Below, piece by piece: positions 36,985-46,177 of a DNA stretch of 64,000 nt; position 1 is the first letter of the stretch, and each line of letters begins with the position of its first letter. Location of the stretch: NCBI GenBank assembly GCA_036555615.1, contig DATBKZ010000028.1, positions 5,212 to 69,211 of the forward strand, given 5' to 3'. The translations under genes were made by a program, and so were the position numbers. The DNA comes from Burkholderiales bacterium (lineage in GTDB: Bacteria; Pseudomonadota; Gammaproteobacteria; Burkholderiales; SG8-41). The notes below the pieces were generated by a model. It saw only the letters and a list, made by a program, of their open reading frames with translations. It was not told the DNA's origin and made no database searches.

Positions 36985-37989
36985 ATGAAGGCGGTGATCC
37001 TGGAGAAGCACGGCGCGCTCGACGCGTTGAAGCTCGTCGCGCACTTTCCCGACCCCAAGGTGGTCGAGGGCCACGTCGTGATCCGGGTGAAGGCTACCTC
37101 CTTCAACTACCACGACGTCTTCACCGTGCGTGGCATGCCGGGGATCAAGGTGCCGCTGCCCATGATCATCGGGCTCGACATGGCCGGCGAGATTCTCGAG
37201 ACCACGCCCGGCATCAACAGCTGGAAGAAAGGCGACCGCGTGCTGGTGAACCCGCTCAATCGCCAGAAGGGGCTGATGGGCGAGATGATGCACGGCGGCC
37301 TCGCCGAGAAATGCCTGGTTGCCGAGCACCAGTTGATCCGCATGCCGGATGGCGTGAGCTTCGAGCAGGCTGCCGCGCTTCCGGTTGCCTACGGGACGGC
37401 GCACCGCATGCTGATCACGCACAAGACGGTAAAGAGCGGCGACAAGGTGCTGGTGCTCGGCGCGAGCGGCGGCGTCGGCACCGGCTGCGTGCTGCTGGCG
37501 AAGATGCTCGGCGCCGAGGTGATTGCCTGTGCCTCCAGCGACGACAAAATCCAGCGCCTGAAGGAGCTGGGCGCCGATCATGTCATCAACTACAAGGAGA
37601 CCGACTTTTCCAGGTGGGCGGTCGAGAAATACGGCAAGCCGCAGCGCCGGACCTACGAGGGCGGCGTGGACGTCGTCATCAACTTCACCGGCGGCGACAC
37701 CTGGGCGCCCACGCTCCGGTGCGTGAAGCGCGGCGGCAAGATCCTGGTATGCGGCGCGACCGCCGGCTACGACCCGAAGGAGGACTTGCGCTACATCTGG
37801 AGCTTCGAGCTGCAGATCGTCGGCTCGAACAGCTTCTACGACGACAACCTGCAGGCGCTGATGGGTCTCATCGCCGCGGGCAAGATGAAGCCGGTGATCG
37901 ACAAGGTGCTGCCGCTCGAGCGCGCCGTCGAGGGCCTGCGCCTGATCGAGAGCCGCGAGGTCTTCGGCAAGGTCGTCGTCACGCCGTGA
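36985..37989 (+). CDS. Zinc-type/medium-chain (MDR) alcohol dehydrogenase / quinone oxidoreductase family protein
   Basis: 334 aa. GroES-like N-terminus, then the Rossmann motif VLVLGASGGVGTGCV. Confidence 0.85.
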   Translation: MKAVILEKHGALDALKLVAHFPDPKVVEGHVVIRVKATSFNYHDVFTVRGMPGIKVPLPMIIGLDMAGEILETTPGINSWKKGDRVLVNPLNRQKGLMGEMMHGGLAEKCLVAEHQLIRMPDGVSFEQAAALPVAYGTAHRMLITHKTVKSGDKVLVLGASGGVGTGCVLLAKMLGAEVIACASSDDKIQRLKELGADHVINYKETDFSRWAVEKYGKPQRRTYEGGVDVVINFTGGDTWAPTLRCVKRGGKILVCGATAGYDPKEDLRYIWSFELQIVGSNSFYDDNLQALMGLIAAGKMKPVIDKVLPLERAVEGLRLIESREVFGKVVVTP

Positions 37990-39500
37990 CGCGAATCTCC
38001 CGCCCCGAATCACGGGGATATCCAGGCAACCTCGGGTTGCTCTTCGCTGAGCACGCGCGGTCCGAGCGCCCGGCGATCGTTGACCTGCGCGACCCGAAGC
38101 GGCCGCGGGCAGTGAGCTTTCGTGAGCTCGACGCCGGCTGCGATGCGGTGGCGCGCGGACTCACCCGGGAAGGCCTCAAGTCCGGCGACCGCATCGGGAT
38201 CGTCTCGCTCAATCGAGTCGAATTCGTGATGACGCTGCTCGGTGCGATGCGTGCGGGCGTCGTGCCGGTGCCGGTCAACCTGAAGCTTCCCGCCGACGCC
38301 ATTGCATTCATTCTCAACGACGCGGAGGCCCGGAGCGTCTTTGCCGAGCGCGAGGTGAGGCGGCTGGTCCCGGCCGGGATGCGCGTCGTGGAATATGGGG
38401 CCGATTTCGATGAGTTCGTCGATCCCGGGCCGTTCAAGACGTTCGAGCCTGCGCCGGATTTGATCGCGATTCAGCCCTACACGTCAGGCTCGACCGGCCG
38501 GCCCAAAGGCGTGCTGCTCACGCACTACGGCCAGAACTGGAGCCGGTTGATCCTCGCGCACACGCGCGGCACGACGGAGAAGGATGTGATCCTGGTCGCC
38601 GCGCCGCTCTACCACAAGAACGCCCTGAACGCGATCAAGCAGGGGCTCACCGCCGGCGCGAAGCTGGTGCTCCTGCCTCAGTTCGACATCGAGCGCTACA
38701 TCGAGGCGATCGGCGAATACCGCTGCACGGTGATCTCAGGCGTGCCGACCATGATGGCGATGATGCTGACGCGCAGGGACAAGCTCGGGAAAATCGACAA
38801 GTCCACTGTGCGCACGATCATGATGGGCTCGGCGCCCTCCTCGCCGCAGCTCATCAAGGAACTGCGCGCGACGTTTCCGATCGCCGAGCCACTCGTGGTC
38901 TACGGCGTGACTGAGGGCGGACCGGTGCCGCTCGGCCCCCACCTCGAGGGCAAACCGCGCCCGCTGGGCTCCCTGGGTGTGCCCTACCCCGGCACCGAGG
39001 CAAGACTTGTCGGCGGTCCGGGGCCCGATGAAGGCGAGCTGGTGCTCAAGAATCCCGGCAATCTCCTCGGCTATCACAACCTGCCGGAAGAAACTGCCAA
39101 GCGGCTGCACGACGGCTGGTACTACACGGGCGACATCTGCCGCCGCGACACGGACGGTTTCTACTTCTTCGTCGGACGCACGGACGACATGTTCGTTTCC
39201 GGCGGCGAGAACATCTACCCGGGCGAGGTCGAGGCTTTGTTGCAGCGTCATCCCGCGATCCACCAAGCCTTGGTGATGCCGTTCGACCACGAGCTGAAAG
39301 GCCAGGTGCCCTACGCATTCGTCGTGCCTCGCGACGGGGCATCGGTCACCGAAGACGAGATCAAGCAGTTTGCGCTCGCCAACGGCCCGGCGTACCAGCA
39401 CCCGCGGCGCGTGTTTATTCTGAGAGAATTGCCGCTCTCGGGAACCAACAAGATCGACCGCGACCGGCTTCGGCGTTGGGTCGCTGAGAGGACAACCTAA
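37986..39500 (+). CDS. AMP-dependent synthetase/ligase (acyl-CoA synthetase family)
   Basis: AMP-binding motif YTSGSTGRPKGV, YYTGD, and C-terminal GTNKIDR. GTG 37986 overlaps the stop of the preceding gene. The track ORF from 37311 is an out-of-frame extension. Confidence 0.85.
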   Translation: MTRISRPESRGYPGNLGLLFAEHARSERPAIVDLRDPKRPRAVSFRELDAGCDAVARGLTREGLKSGDRIGIVSLNRVEFVMTLLGAMRAGVVPVPVNLKLPADAIAFILNDAEARSVFAEREVRRLVPAGMRVVEYGADFDEFVDPGPFKTFEPAPDLIAIQPYTSGSTGRPKGVLLTHYGQNWSRLILAHTRGTTEKDVILVAAPLYHKNALNAIKQGLTAGAKLVLLPQFDIERYIEAIGEYRCTVISGVPTMMAMMLTRRDKLGKIDKSTVRTIMMGSAPSSPQLIKELRATFPIAEPLVVYGVTEGGPVPLGPHLEGKPRPLGSLGVPYPGTEARLVGGPGPDEGELVLKNPGNLLGYHNLPEETAKRLHDGWYYTGDICRRDTDGFYFFVGRTDDMFVSGGENIYPGEVEALLQRHPAIHQALVMPFDHELKGQVPYAFVVPRDGASVTEDEIKQFALANGPAYQHPRRVFILRELPLSGTNKIDRDRLRRWVAERTT

Positions 39501-39502
39501 AG

Positions 39503-39548
39503 GGTGTCAGGAACCATTCTGGCGTGCGACCAAGAAGTTCCTGACACC
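39503..39548. terminator. Perfect 12-bp hairpin GGTGTCAGGAAC-N22-GTTCCTGACACC followed by TATTTT (bidirectional terminator / REP family 2)
   Basis: Read directly, between convergent genes. A T-run follows on the plus strand, and AAAG precedes the hairpin. Confidence 0.6.
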
Positions 39549-39580
39549 TATTTTCCCCACTGATCCCACTTCTATCCCGC

Positions 39581-40558
39581 TCAGCGAGGCATCAGGCCGG
39601 TTTGCCTGGCCACTTTGGAGAACGTTTCGATGTCGGCACGGAGGCTCCTGTCGGTTTCTTCCGGCGTGCTCGGCAGCACGTGGAAAGCCACGGCGTCCAG
39701 CCGATTCCTGATCTCGGGCAGATCAAGCACCCGTGCGACCTCCCCGCTGACTTGATTCAAGACGGCGCGCGGCGTACCGGTGGGCGCCACCAATCGTATT
39801 GCCCCGCTCCTCTCCCATCCTGGCGCCACCTCGGCCATCTCCGACACTCCCGGCAAAAGGTACGATCGCTCGGTTGTCGCCAGCGCCAGCAACCGGCCAT
39901 CCGCGACGAACGGCAGACACACGGTCAGGGCTGAAACGCCGAAGTGCACTCGCCCGGCGGCGATCTCGATCAAGAATTCCGACTGCCCCTTGAATCCAAC
40001 GTGCCTGGCCTTGACGCCAGCCGCGCGCAAGAATCTCTCGGCGTGTATATGCGTCGCGCTGCCGGCCCCCGCGGAGCCAAAGAGGAGCACGCGGGGCTTG
40101 GCCCGGGCAAGTGCGATGAATTCATTCACCGACTTCACGCCCAGCTCGGGCGCCACGACCAGCACCAAGGTGCTGAACCCGATATTCGCTACACCGGAGA
40201 AGTCCTTCAGCGTGTCGTAGGAAAGGCTCCGTTGAAGTGCCGCAGCAATTGGAAATGCGGACGAAGTCAGCAAGAGCGTATGGCCATCCGGCGTGGCCCT
40301 GGCGACGATGGCGGCGCCTATCGTTCCCCCTGCCCCGGAGCGATTGTCCACCACTACCGGCTGTCCCCACCTCTCGCTCATCTTGGGTCCCATCATGCGT
40401 GCCAGGGTATCGGGTGTCCCGCCCGCGGAAAACGGAACAACCAGCCGAACCGGCCTGGTCGGGAATTTCTGGTCTGCCTGAGCGGGACCTGGGAGGCCCG
40501 TCGCCGCAATGCCAGCTGCGACCACCGTCGTGAATGCAACTCCTGACCAAGTACGCAT
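39581..40558 (-). CDS. Bug/TctC family periplasmic binding protein (orphan)
   Basis: Signal peptide plus the PTRPVRLVVPFSAGGTPD motif. No adjacent tctA or tctB. Confidence 0.9.
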   Translation of the reverse strand: MRTWSGVAFTTVVAAGIAATGLPGPAQADQKFPTRPVRLVVPFSAGGTPDTLARMMGPKMSERWGQPVVVDNRSGAGGTIGAAIVARATPDGHTLLLTSSAFPIAAALQRSLSYDTLKDFSGVANIGFSTLVLVVAPELGVKSVNEFIALARAKPRVLLFGSAGAGSATHIHAERFLRAAGVKARHVGFKGQSEFLIEIAAGRVHFGVSALTVCLPFVADGRLLALATTERSYLLPGVSEMAEVAPGWERSGAIRLVAPTGTPRAVLNQVSGEVARVLDLPEIRNRLDAVAFHVLPSTPEETDRSLRADIETFSKVARQTGLMPR

Positions 40559-40726
40559 GCTCCCTCCTCTCGCCCCCAGCCGCCTAGCAATGCCGCCGGG
40601 AATCCCTCGCTATGTCCCCTCTCCTTTCGTCCGGTGTACTCTCGAAAACGCGCAACTAGATTGACACTCTCCGTGCGAGGACGCAATCATCCGCTTTTCC
40701 CGACTCCATGAAATCTGGTCAACGGG

Positions 40727-41635
40727 ATGGAGCTGCGTGACATTGAATATTTCGCAGCGGTCGCCAAGCACGGGAATCTAGGGCGTGCGGCCGAAGCGCT
40801 GGGGATGAGCCAATCTGCGCTCAGCAAGAGTTTGCGGCGCCTGGAGGGCGAAATACGCGCGAAGCTGGTCAAGCGCACGCCCAAAGGCGTCGAACTGACC
40901 GCGGAGGGATCGACGTTGCTCTCGCGCATGCGGCAGGTTCAGTTAACTCTCGTCGACGTCACACGCGAGGTTTCGGAAGTGAGCCAGGGCCTCGCCGGAC
41001 ACCTGCGTATCTCGGCAGGACCCGGGCACTCGTACTATCTGTTGCCGACAGCCTGCAGCGCGTTTCTTGCGCAAGCTCCAAATGCCACGCTCAACGTGCG
41101 GGACCTGGGACAAGGCGTGGCGATACAGGCGTTGCGCAATGGCGATGTGGATGTTGCCATCACGGCGATCCGACCCTCCCTGGAGCACGATATCGTGCAA
41201 GAACACTTGTATGACGATGAATACGTTGTATGCGCATCGGTCAATCATCGTCTGGCCAAGAAGAGACAAGTGACTCTCGCCGACGTGGCGCGGGAGCGCT
41301 GGGCGCAATCGGAACCGACATCTGCGCTCTGGCAGCACATGCATCAAGTCTTCGAGAGAAATGGATTGCCGCCGCCGCGCGTCACGGTCCAGGCACCGTC
41401 GCCGACACTACGACTCTCCCTCGTCGCGTCGTCAGACCTCCTGGGCTTCACGATGATTTCACTCGTTCGACAGGTATCTCCGTACTTGCGGTTGTCGGTG
41501 CTCCACGTCAAGGAATTGACCTTGCCATTGCGACTCGTTGTCAGCTATCGCAAGAGCGGTTACCTCTCGCCGGTTGCCAAGCGATTCATCGAGATTCTGA
41601 AGATGACGGCAAAGGAAATAATTGAGGCAAAGTGA
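40727..41635 (+). CDS. LysR family transcriptional regulator
   Basis: N-terminal HTH MELRDIEYFAAVAKHGNLGRAAEALGMSQSALSKSLRRLE plus a LysR substrate-binding domain. Length 302 aa. Confidence 0.9.
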   Translation: MELRDIEYFAAVAKHGNLGRAAEALGMSQSALSKSLRRLEGEIRAKLVKRTPKGVELTAEGSTLLSRMRQVQLTLVDVTREVSEVSQGLAGHLRISAGPGHSYYLLPTACSAFLAQAPNATLNVRDLGQGVAIQALRNGDVDVAITAIRPSLEHDIVQEHLYDDEYVVCASVNHRLAKKRQVTLADVARERWAQSEPTSALWQHMHQVFERNGLPPPRVTVQAPSPTLRLSLVASSDLLGFTMISLVRQVSPYLRLSVLHVKELTLPLRLVVSYRKSGYLSPVAKRFIEILKMTAKEIIEAK

Positions 41636-41675
41636 GCGCAAGACGGGCCAGGCAACGGTTAGAGGGAGCAGACGC

Positions 41676-42098
41676 ATGTCTGAGGAATCAATAAGCATTG
41701 AAAAACTTCAGGCGCTGATCAGCCGCGGACCGTTCAACAAGTGGCTCAACTTCACCGTGCTGAAGGCGGGCGAGGACGGCGTCGAGATCCGCGCCGCGTG
41801 GCGCGAGGAGTGGGTGGTAAATCCGGAGCGCCGCTACACGCACGGCGGCATCCTCGCGGCGATCATCGACGTCGCTGCCGACTACGCAATCGCGGCGCAG
41901 CTCGGGCGCCCGGTGCCCACGATCGACATCCGCGTGGACTACCACAAGGCGGCGATGCCCGGGGATCTCACTGCGAAAGCGCGCGTGGTGCGCATGGGCA
42001 GCCAATATTCCACCGCGGAGGCCAACCTGTACGACAAGGACGGCGCGCTGGTGGCGAGCGGGCGCGGCACCTACTTCACGGCACCGCCGAAAGCGTAA
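41676..42098 (+). CDS. PaaI/hotdog-fold acyl-CoA thioesterase family protein
   Basis: 140 aa. THGGILAAIIDVAADYA motif, typical of PaaI-type thioesterases. Confidence 0.8.
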   Translation: MSEESISIEKLQALISRGPFNKWLNFTVLKAGEDGVEIRAAWREEWVVNPERRYTHGGILAAIIDVAADYAIAAQLGRPVPTIDIRVDYHKAAMPGDLTAKARVVRMGSQYSTAEANLYDKDGALVASGRGTYFTAPPKA

Positions 42099-42120
42099 TT
42101 TCTGATAGGCTTGACGGCCT

Positions 42121-42735
42121 GTGAACGCCGCGAAGCGACAGTCTCGGTCCCGAAAAAAGCGCCTGATCGTGGCGATGACGGGCGCGACCGGGTCGATCTA
42201 CGGCGTGCGCATCCTCGAGACGCTGCGCGCGATCGGTGGCTGGGAAACGCACCTCATCGTCTCGGATGCCGGAGCGCTCAACGCCTGGTACGACCACAAG
42301 TTGACGCGCAAGGACCTCGCTAGGCTCGCCGATGTCGTGCACAACGTGCGCGATGTCGCGGCGTCGATCTCGAGCGGCTCGTTCGTCACCCACGGCATGG
42401 TGATCGCGCCGTGCTCGATGAAGACGCTCGCCGCCGTGGCGCTCGGCTTCTCGGACAATCTCATCTCGCGTGCCGCGGACGTGATCCTCAAGGAGCGCCG
42501 CCGCCTGGTGCTGATCGTGCGCGAAGCACCCCTTAACCTCGCGCACCTGCGCAACATGGTGCAGGTGACGGAGATGGGCGGCATCGTGTTTCCCCCGGTG
42601 CCGGCCTTCTACAGCCACGCCAAGACGGTCGATGACCTGGTCAATCACACGGTCGGGCGGGTACTCGACCTCTTCGGCGTCGAGCACGACCGCATCAAGC
42701 GCTGGCAGGGCATGAAGGAGCCTCCCGCCCAATGA
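42121..42735 (+). CDS. ubiX: UbiX-family flavin prenyltransferase (prFMN synthase)
   Basis: RLIVAMTGATGSIYGVRILE, MVIAPCSMKTLAAVA and VLIVREAPL motifs. The 3' end overlaps the ubiD-like start by 4 nt. Confidence 0.9.
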   Translation: MNAAKRQSRSRKKRLIVAMTGATGSIYGVRILETLRAIGGWETHLIVSDAGALNAWYDHKLTRKDLARLADVVHNVRDVAASISSGSFVTHGMVIAPCSMKTLAAVALGFSDNLISRAADVILKERRRLVLIVREAPLNLAHLRNMVQVTEMGGIVFPPVPAFYSHAKTVDDLVNHTVGRVLDLFGVEHDRIKRWQGMKEPPAQ

Positions 42736-44366
42736 AGCTGGAGAAGCCCGACGTCCGGAACGAGAACTTCCGGCAGTTTCTCGACCGGCTGCGCGCCGAG
42801 AAGGAACTGACGGACATCCGCCAGCCGGTGGACATCCGGCACATCGCTACGCTGGTCGACCAGGCTGAGACCGCACTCCTCTTTCACAGCGTCATCGGCT
42901 ACGACATGCCGGTCGTCTCCGGCATCATCCGCTCGCGCAACCGCGCCGTCCTCTCCATGGGCTGCTCGAGCTATCCGGAGATCGAGCACCGCCTGCAGCA
43001 GGGCATCGATCACCCGCTTCCGCCGAAGTACGTCGAAACGGCCCGCCACAAGGAGGTCATCGAAACGGATGGCAAAGTCGATCTCTTCCGACTGCCGATT
43101 CCGATGTCTTCCATCTACGATGGCGGCCCGATGATCACGGCCGGCGTGGTGATCGCGAAGGACCCCGAGTACGGCATCAACTCCGGCATGTATCGCTTCA
43201 TGGTGAAGGAGAAAAACCTCACCGGGATCGATATCGTCACACCGAACAACATGCGGCTTTTCGCGCAGCGCGCCTACGAAGCCGGGCGCCCCTGCCCGAT
43301 CTCGATCTCGATCGGGACGCACCCGTTCGAGATCATGGGCTCGGGCTTCCGCGCGCCGCTCGGCGTGGACGAGATGGCGATCGCCGGCGGCATCCGCGGT
43401 GCCCCCGTCGAGCTCGCGATGTGCGAGACCATCGACATGCCGTGCCTCGCCGACGCCGAGATGGTGCTGGAAGCGGAAATCCTGCCAACCGGCTGGACGC
43501 ACCCCGAGGGCCGCTTCGGTGAATTCACGCGCCTGATGGGCGGGCTGCACTGGAATCCGCTGGTGCGGGTGAAGGCCGTCACCCGGCGCAAGGACGCGAT
43601 CTACTACGCGCTCCACATGCCGTGGGAAAACACGTGGCTCGCCGCGCCCACCCGCTATACCGCCATCCGGCGCGCGCTGAAGAACGCCGGCGTGCAGGTG
43701 AAGGACATCAACGTGACGCTCGGCGGCTGCGGCTTCTGGCACGCCATCGTCTCGATCAATAAGCAGGCGGGCGAAGGCAAGAATGCGCTGCTTGCTGCCC
43801 TCACGGCGCAGGACATCAAGCACGTGGTGGTGGTGGATGACGACATCGATGTCTTCGACCCGACTGACGTCGAGTGGGCGATTGCGACGAGGGTGCAGGG
43901 CGACAAGGACGTCATCGTCATTCCCGGCGCGCGCGCGAAGCCCCTCGACCCGAGCCTCGCGGTGACGCCCCCCGGGGTGGTTCCGACCGGGGCCAAGGTC
44001 GGCATCGACGCCACCATCGGCGAAGGCATCCCGCGCGAGCGCTTCGAGCGCATCGCCTACGCCTATGCCGACCGCGCGAAGATCGCCGACTACGTCAAGG
44101 GCAAGGCCGATGCCGCGCCGAAAGCCGCCGGCCATGACGACAAGGTGACGGCGCAGCTCGCGGGCAAGATACTCGGCCTGATCGAAAAAGAGCCGAAGTA
44201 CTACCAGGAGATTGCCGAGCACTTCGGGGAATACGAGTTCCAGGCCGTCGCGCGCGCGCTGGGACGGCTCTACGCCGAGGAAAAGCTGTGGCAGGACGCG
44301 CGCGGGCGCATGTGCGTGCGCGGCTCCGCGTTCGCCGCCAAGCCGCCCAAGGTCCGCGACGAGTGA
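42732..44366 (+). CDS. UbiD-family (prFMN-dependent) decarboxylase with an extra C-terminal tail
   Basis: 544 aa. INSGMYRFMV and PEGRFGEFT motifs, characteristic of UbiD enzymes. The last ~87 aa extend beyond the usual fold length. Confidence 0.85.
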   Translation: MKLEKPDVRNENFRQFLDRLRAEKELTDIRQPVDIRHIATLVDQAETALLFHSVIGYDMPVVSGIIRSRNRAVLSMGCSSYPEIEHRLQQGIDHPLPPKYVETARHKEVIETDGKVDLFRLPIPMSSIYDGGPMITAGVVIAKDPEYGINSGMYRFMVKEKNLTGIDIVTPNNMRLFAQRAYEAGRPCPISISIGTHPFEIMGSGFRAPLGVDEMAIAGGIRGAPVELAMCETIDMPCLADAEMVLEAEILPTGWTHPEGRFGEFTRLMGGLHWNPLVRVKAVTRRKDAIYYALHMPWENTWLAAPTRYTAIRRALKNAGVQVKDINVTLGGCGFWHAIVSINKQAGEGKNALLAALTAQDIKHVVVVDDDIDVFDPTDVEWAIATRVQGDKDVIVIPGARAKPLDPSLAVTPPGVVPTGAKVGIDATIGEGIPRERFERIAYAYADRAKIADYVKGKADAAPKAAGHDDKVTAQLAGKILGLIEKEPKYYQEIAEHFGEYEFQAVARALGRLYAEEKLWQDARGRMCVRGSAFAAKPPKVRDE

Positions 44367-44372
44367 CGGGCA

Positions 44373-45365
44373 ATGCCCGGCGAAATCCTGCATCTCCATC
44401 TGGAGAGCTTCCGCAAGCGCCCCGCCCTCTTTCATCTCACCGATGACCGCTGGCGCGCAGCCGCCCGGCGTCATCGGGCGCTCGCGAAGCGGCTCCGCGT
44501 CACCATCGGCTGGGACGGAGACATCATCGGCGACGCGTTGAAGACCGCCGATGTGATGATCAATTCGAGCCCGCCCCGCGAGATTCTGCGCAGCCGCGCA
44601 CCGCGCCTGAAGTGGATCCAGACCACCGGCGCGGGCATCGACAACCTGCTGCCGCTCGACTGGCTGCCCGCCGATATCGCGCTCACCAACAACCGCGGCG
44701 CCCACGGCGCGAAGGCCGAGGATTCCTGCGCCATGGCAATCTCGCTCCTCAATGCGCGGCTGCCGCAGCTTCTCGCGAGCCAGCGCACTCGCGCGTGGGA
44801 GCCCGTCTACACGACTCCGGTCGCAGGCAAGACGGCAGTCGTCATCGGCTTCGGAGACCTCGGGCAGGCCGCGGGCCGCGCCGCGAAGAAGCTTGGCGCG
44901 CGGGTGATCGCCGTTACCCGCACCGGCAGGGCCGCTCGCCCGGCTGATGCGGTCTATCGGGTGAACCGGATCGACCGCGTGTTGCCCCAGGCCGACTTCG
45001 TGGTTGTCACGACGCCCCTCACGCCGGAGTCCCGGAACCTGCTCGACCGCAGGCGCCTCGATCTCCTCAAGCCGGAGGCCGGCCTCGTCAACATCGGCCG
45101 CTCGCCCGTCGTCGATTACGACGCACTGCGTGAAAAGCTCGAGGCGGGCACGCTTGCCGGCGCGGTGCTCGATGTCTTCCAGCCGGAGCCGCTCCCCGCC
45201 GACTCCCCTCTGTGGGACACTCCCAACCTCGTCGTCATGCCCCATGTGAGCTGCGACGATCCGCGCTACGTCGACCGGCTGCTCGATTTCTGGTTCGAGA
45301 ATCTTGCGCGCTTCCGCGCCGGCAAACGGCTCAAGAACCTGATCGACCGCGGTCGGGGCTATTAG
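44373..45365 (+). CDS. D-isomer-specific 2-hydroxyacid dehydrogenase family protein
   Basis: Rossmann motif AVVIGFGDLGQAAG. Catalytic Arg/Glu/His context NIGRS, DVFQPEPL and MPHVS. Confidence 0.85.
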   Translation: MPGEILHLHLESFRKRPALFHLTDDRWRAAARRHRALAKRLRVTIGWDGDIIGDALKTADVMINSSPPREILRSRAPRLKWIQTTGAGIDNLLPLDWLPADIALTNNRGAHGAKAEDSCAMAISLLNARLPQLLASQRTRAWEPVYTTPVAGKTAVVIGFGDLGQAAGRAAKKLGARVIAVTRTGRAARPADAVYRVNRIDRVLPQADFVVVTTPLTPESRNLLDRRRLDLLKPEAGLVNIGRSPVVDYDALREKLEAGTLAGAVLDVFQPEPLPADSPLWDTPNLVVMPHVSCDDPRYVDRLLDFWFENLARFRAGKRLKNLIDRGRGY

Positions 45366-45368
45366 CAA

Positions 45369-46160
45369 GTGCGCGCGACCGGCCCTTCGTCGAATCTGAT
45401 TCTCGCCCGCATCGAGCCGCGCGCGGGCGGGCGCGTCGCGACCGTCACCGTCAACAACCCGGAAAAGCGCAACGCCCTCGGCCTCGCCGGCAAGAAGGAG
45501 CTCGCCGCCGTCTTTCGCAAGCTGGCGCGGGACCGGGCTCTGCGCGTCGCCGTTCTCACGGGTGCCGGAGACCGCTCCTTCATCGCCGGCGCCGATATCG
45601 CGGAGATGAAGAATCTCAAGCCAAAGGAGGCGCACGAGGTGCACGCCTGGGTCCACCGCGCGTGCGACGCGATTCGCGCCCTGCCCGTCCCCGTAATCGC
45701 CCGCGTCAATGGCTATTGCTTCGGTGCCGGCATGGAGATCGCTGCCTCGTGCGACATGCGCATCGGCGTCACGACCGCGAAGTTCGGCATGCCTGAAGTG
45801 CGTTTCGGCATCCCGTCGGGCATGGAAGCCTGCCTGCTCCCGCAACTGATCGGCTGGGGCAAGACGCGCGAGCTGGTCTTCACCGGCGACCCTATCGATG
45901 CCGCCGAGGCCTACCGCTGCGGCTTCCTCGAAAAGCTCGCCGAGCCCGCAGGCCTTGACGCGGGAGTCGAGCAGTGGGTCTCCTCCATCCTCGCCGCCGG
46001 TCCGCGCGCGATCCGGTTGCAGAAGGCGCTGGTGCGCGACTGGGAGCGCATGACGATCAAGCAGGCGGTGCAGGCCGGGATCCGCGCCTGCACCGAGGCC
46101 CGCCGCACCGATGAGCCGAAGCGGCTCATGGCGGCGTTCCTCGAGCGCCGGAAGAAGTGA
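45369..46160 (+). CDS. Enoyl-CoA hydratase/isomerase (crotonase) family protein
   Basis: NNPEKRNAL, GYCFGAGMEIA and GMPEVRFGIPSG. Both crotonase glutamates appear to be present. Confidence 0.85.
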   Translation: MRATGPSSNLILARIEPRAGGRVATVTVNNPEKRNALGLAGKKELAAVFRKLARDRALRVAVLTGAGDRSFIAGADIAEMKNLKPKEAHEVHAWVHRACDAIRALPVPVIARVNGYCFGAGMEIAASCDMRIGVTTAKFGMPEVRFGIPSGMEACLLPQLIGWGKTRELVFTGDPIDAAEAYRCGFLEKLAEPAGLDAGVEQWVSSILAAGPRAIRLQKALVRDWERMTIKQAVQAGIRACTEARRTDEPKRLMAAFLERRKK

Positions 46161-46177
46161 CGTCACGCCTGTAAAGC

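Noticed and set aside
42645-46166. 1173-aa ORF on the minus strand spanning the ubiX/ubiD/2HADH/crotonase region
   Set aside because: It is antisense to four well-supported genes with clear family motifs. Its translation is Arg/Gly/Asp/His/Ala-rich low-complexity sequence with no recognisable domain. This is the typical stop-codon-poor antisense frame of high-GC DNA.
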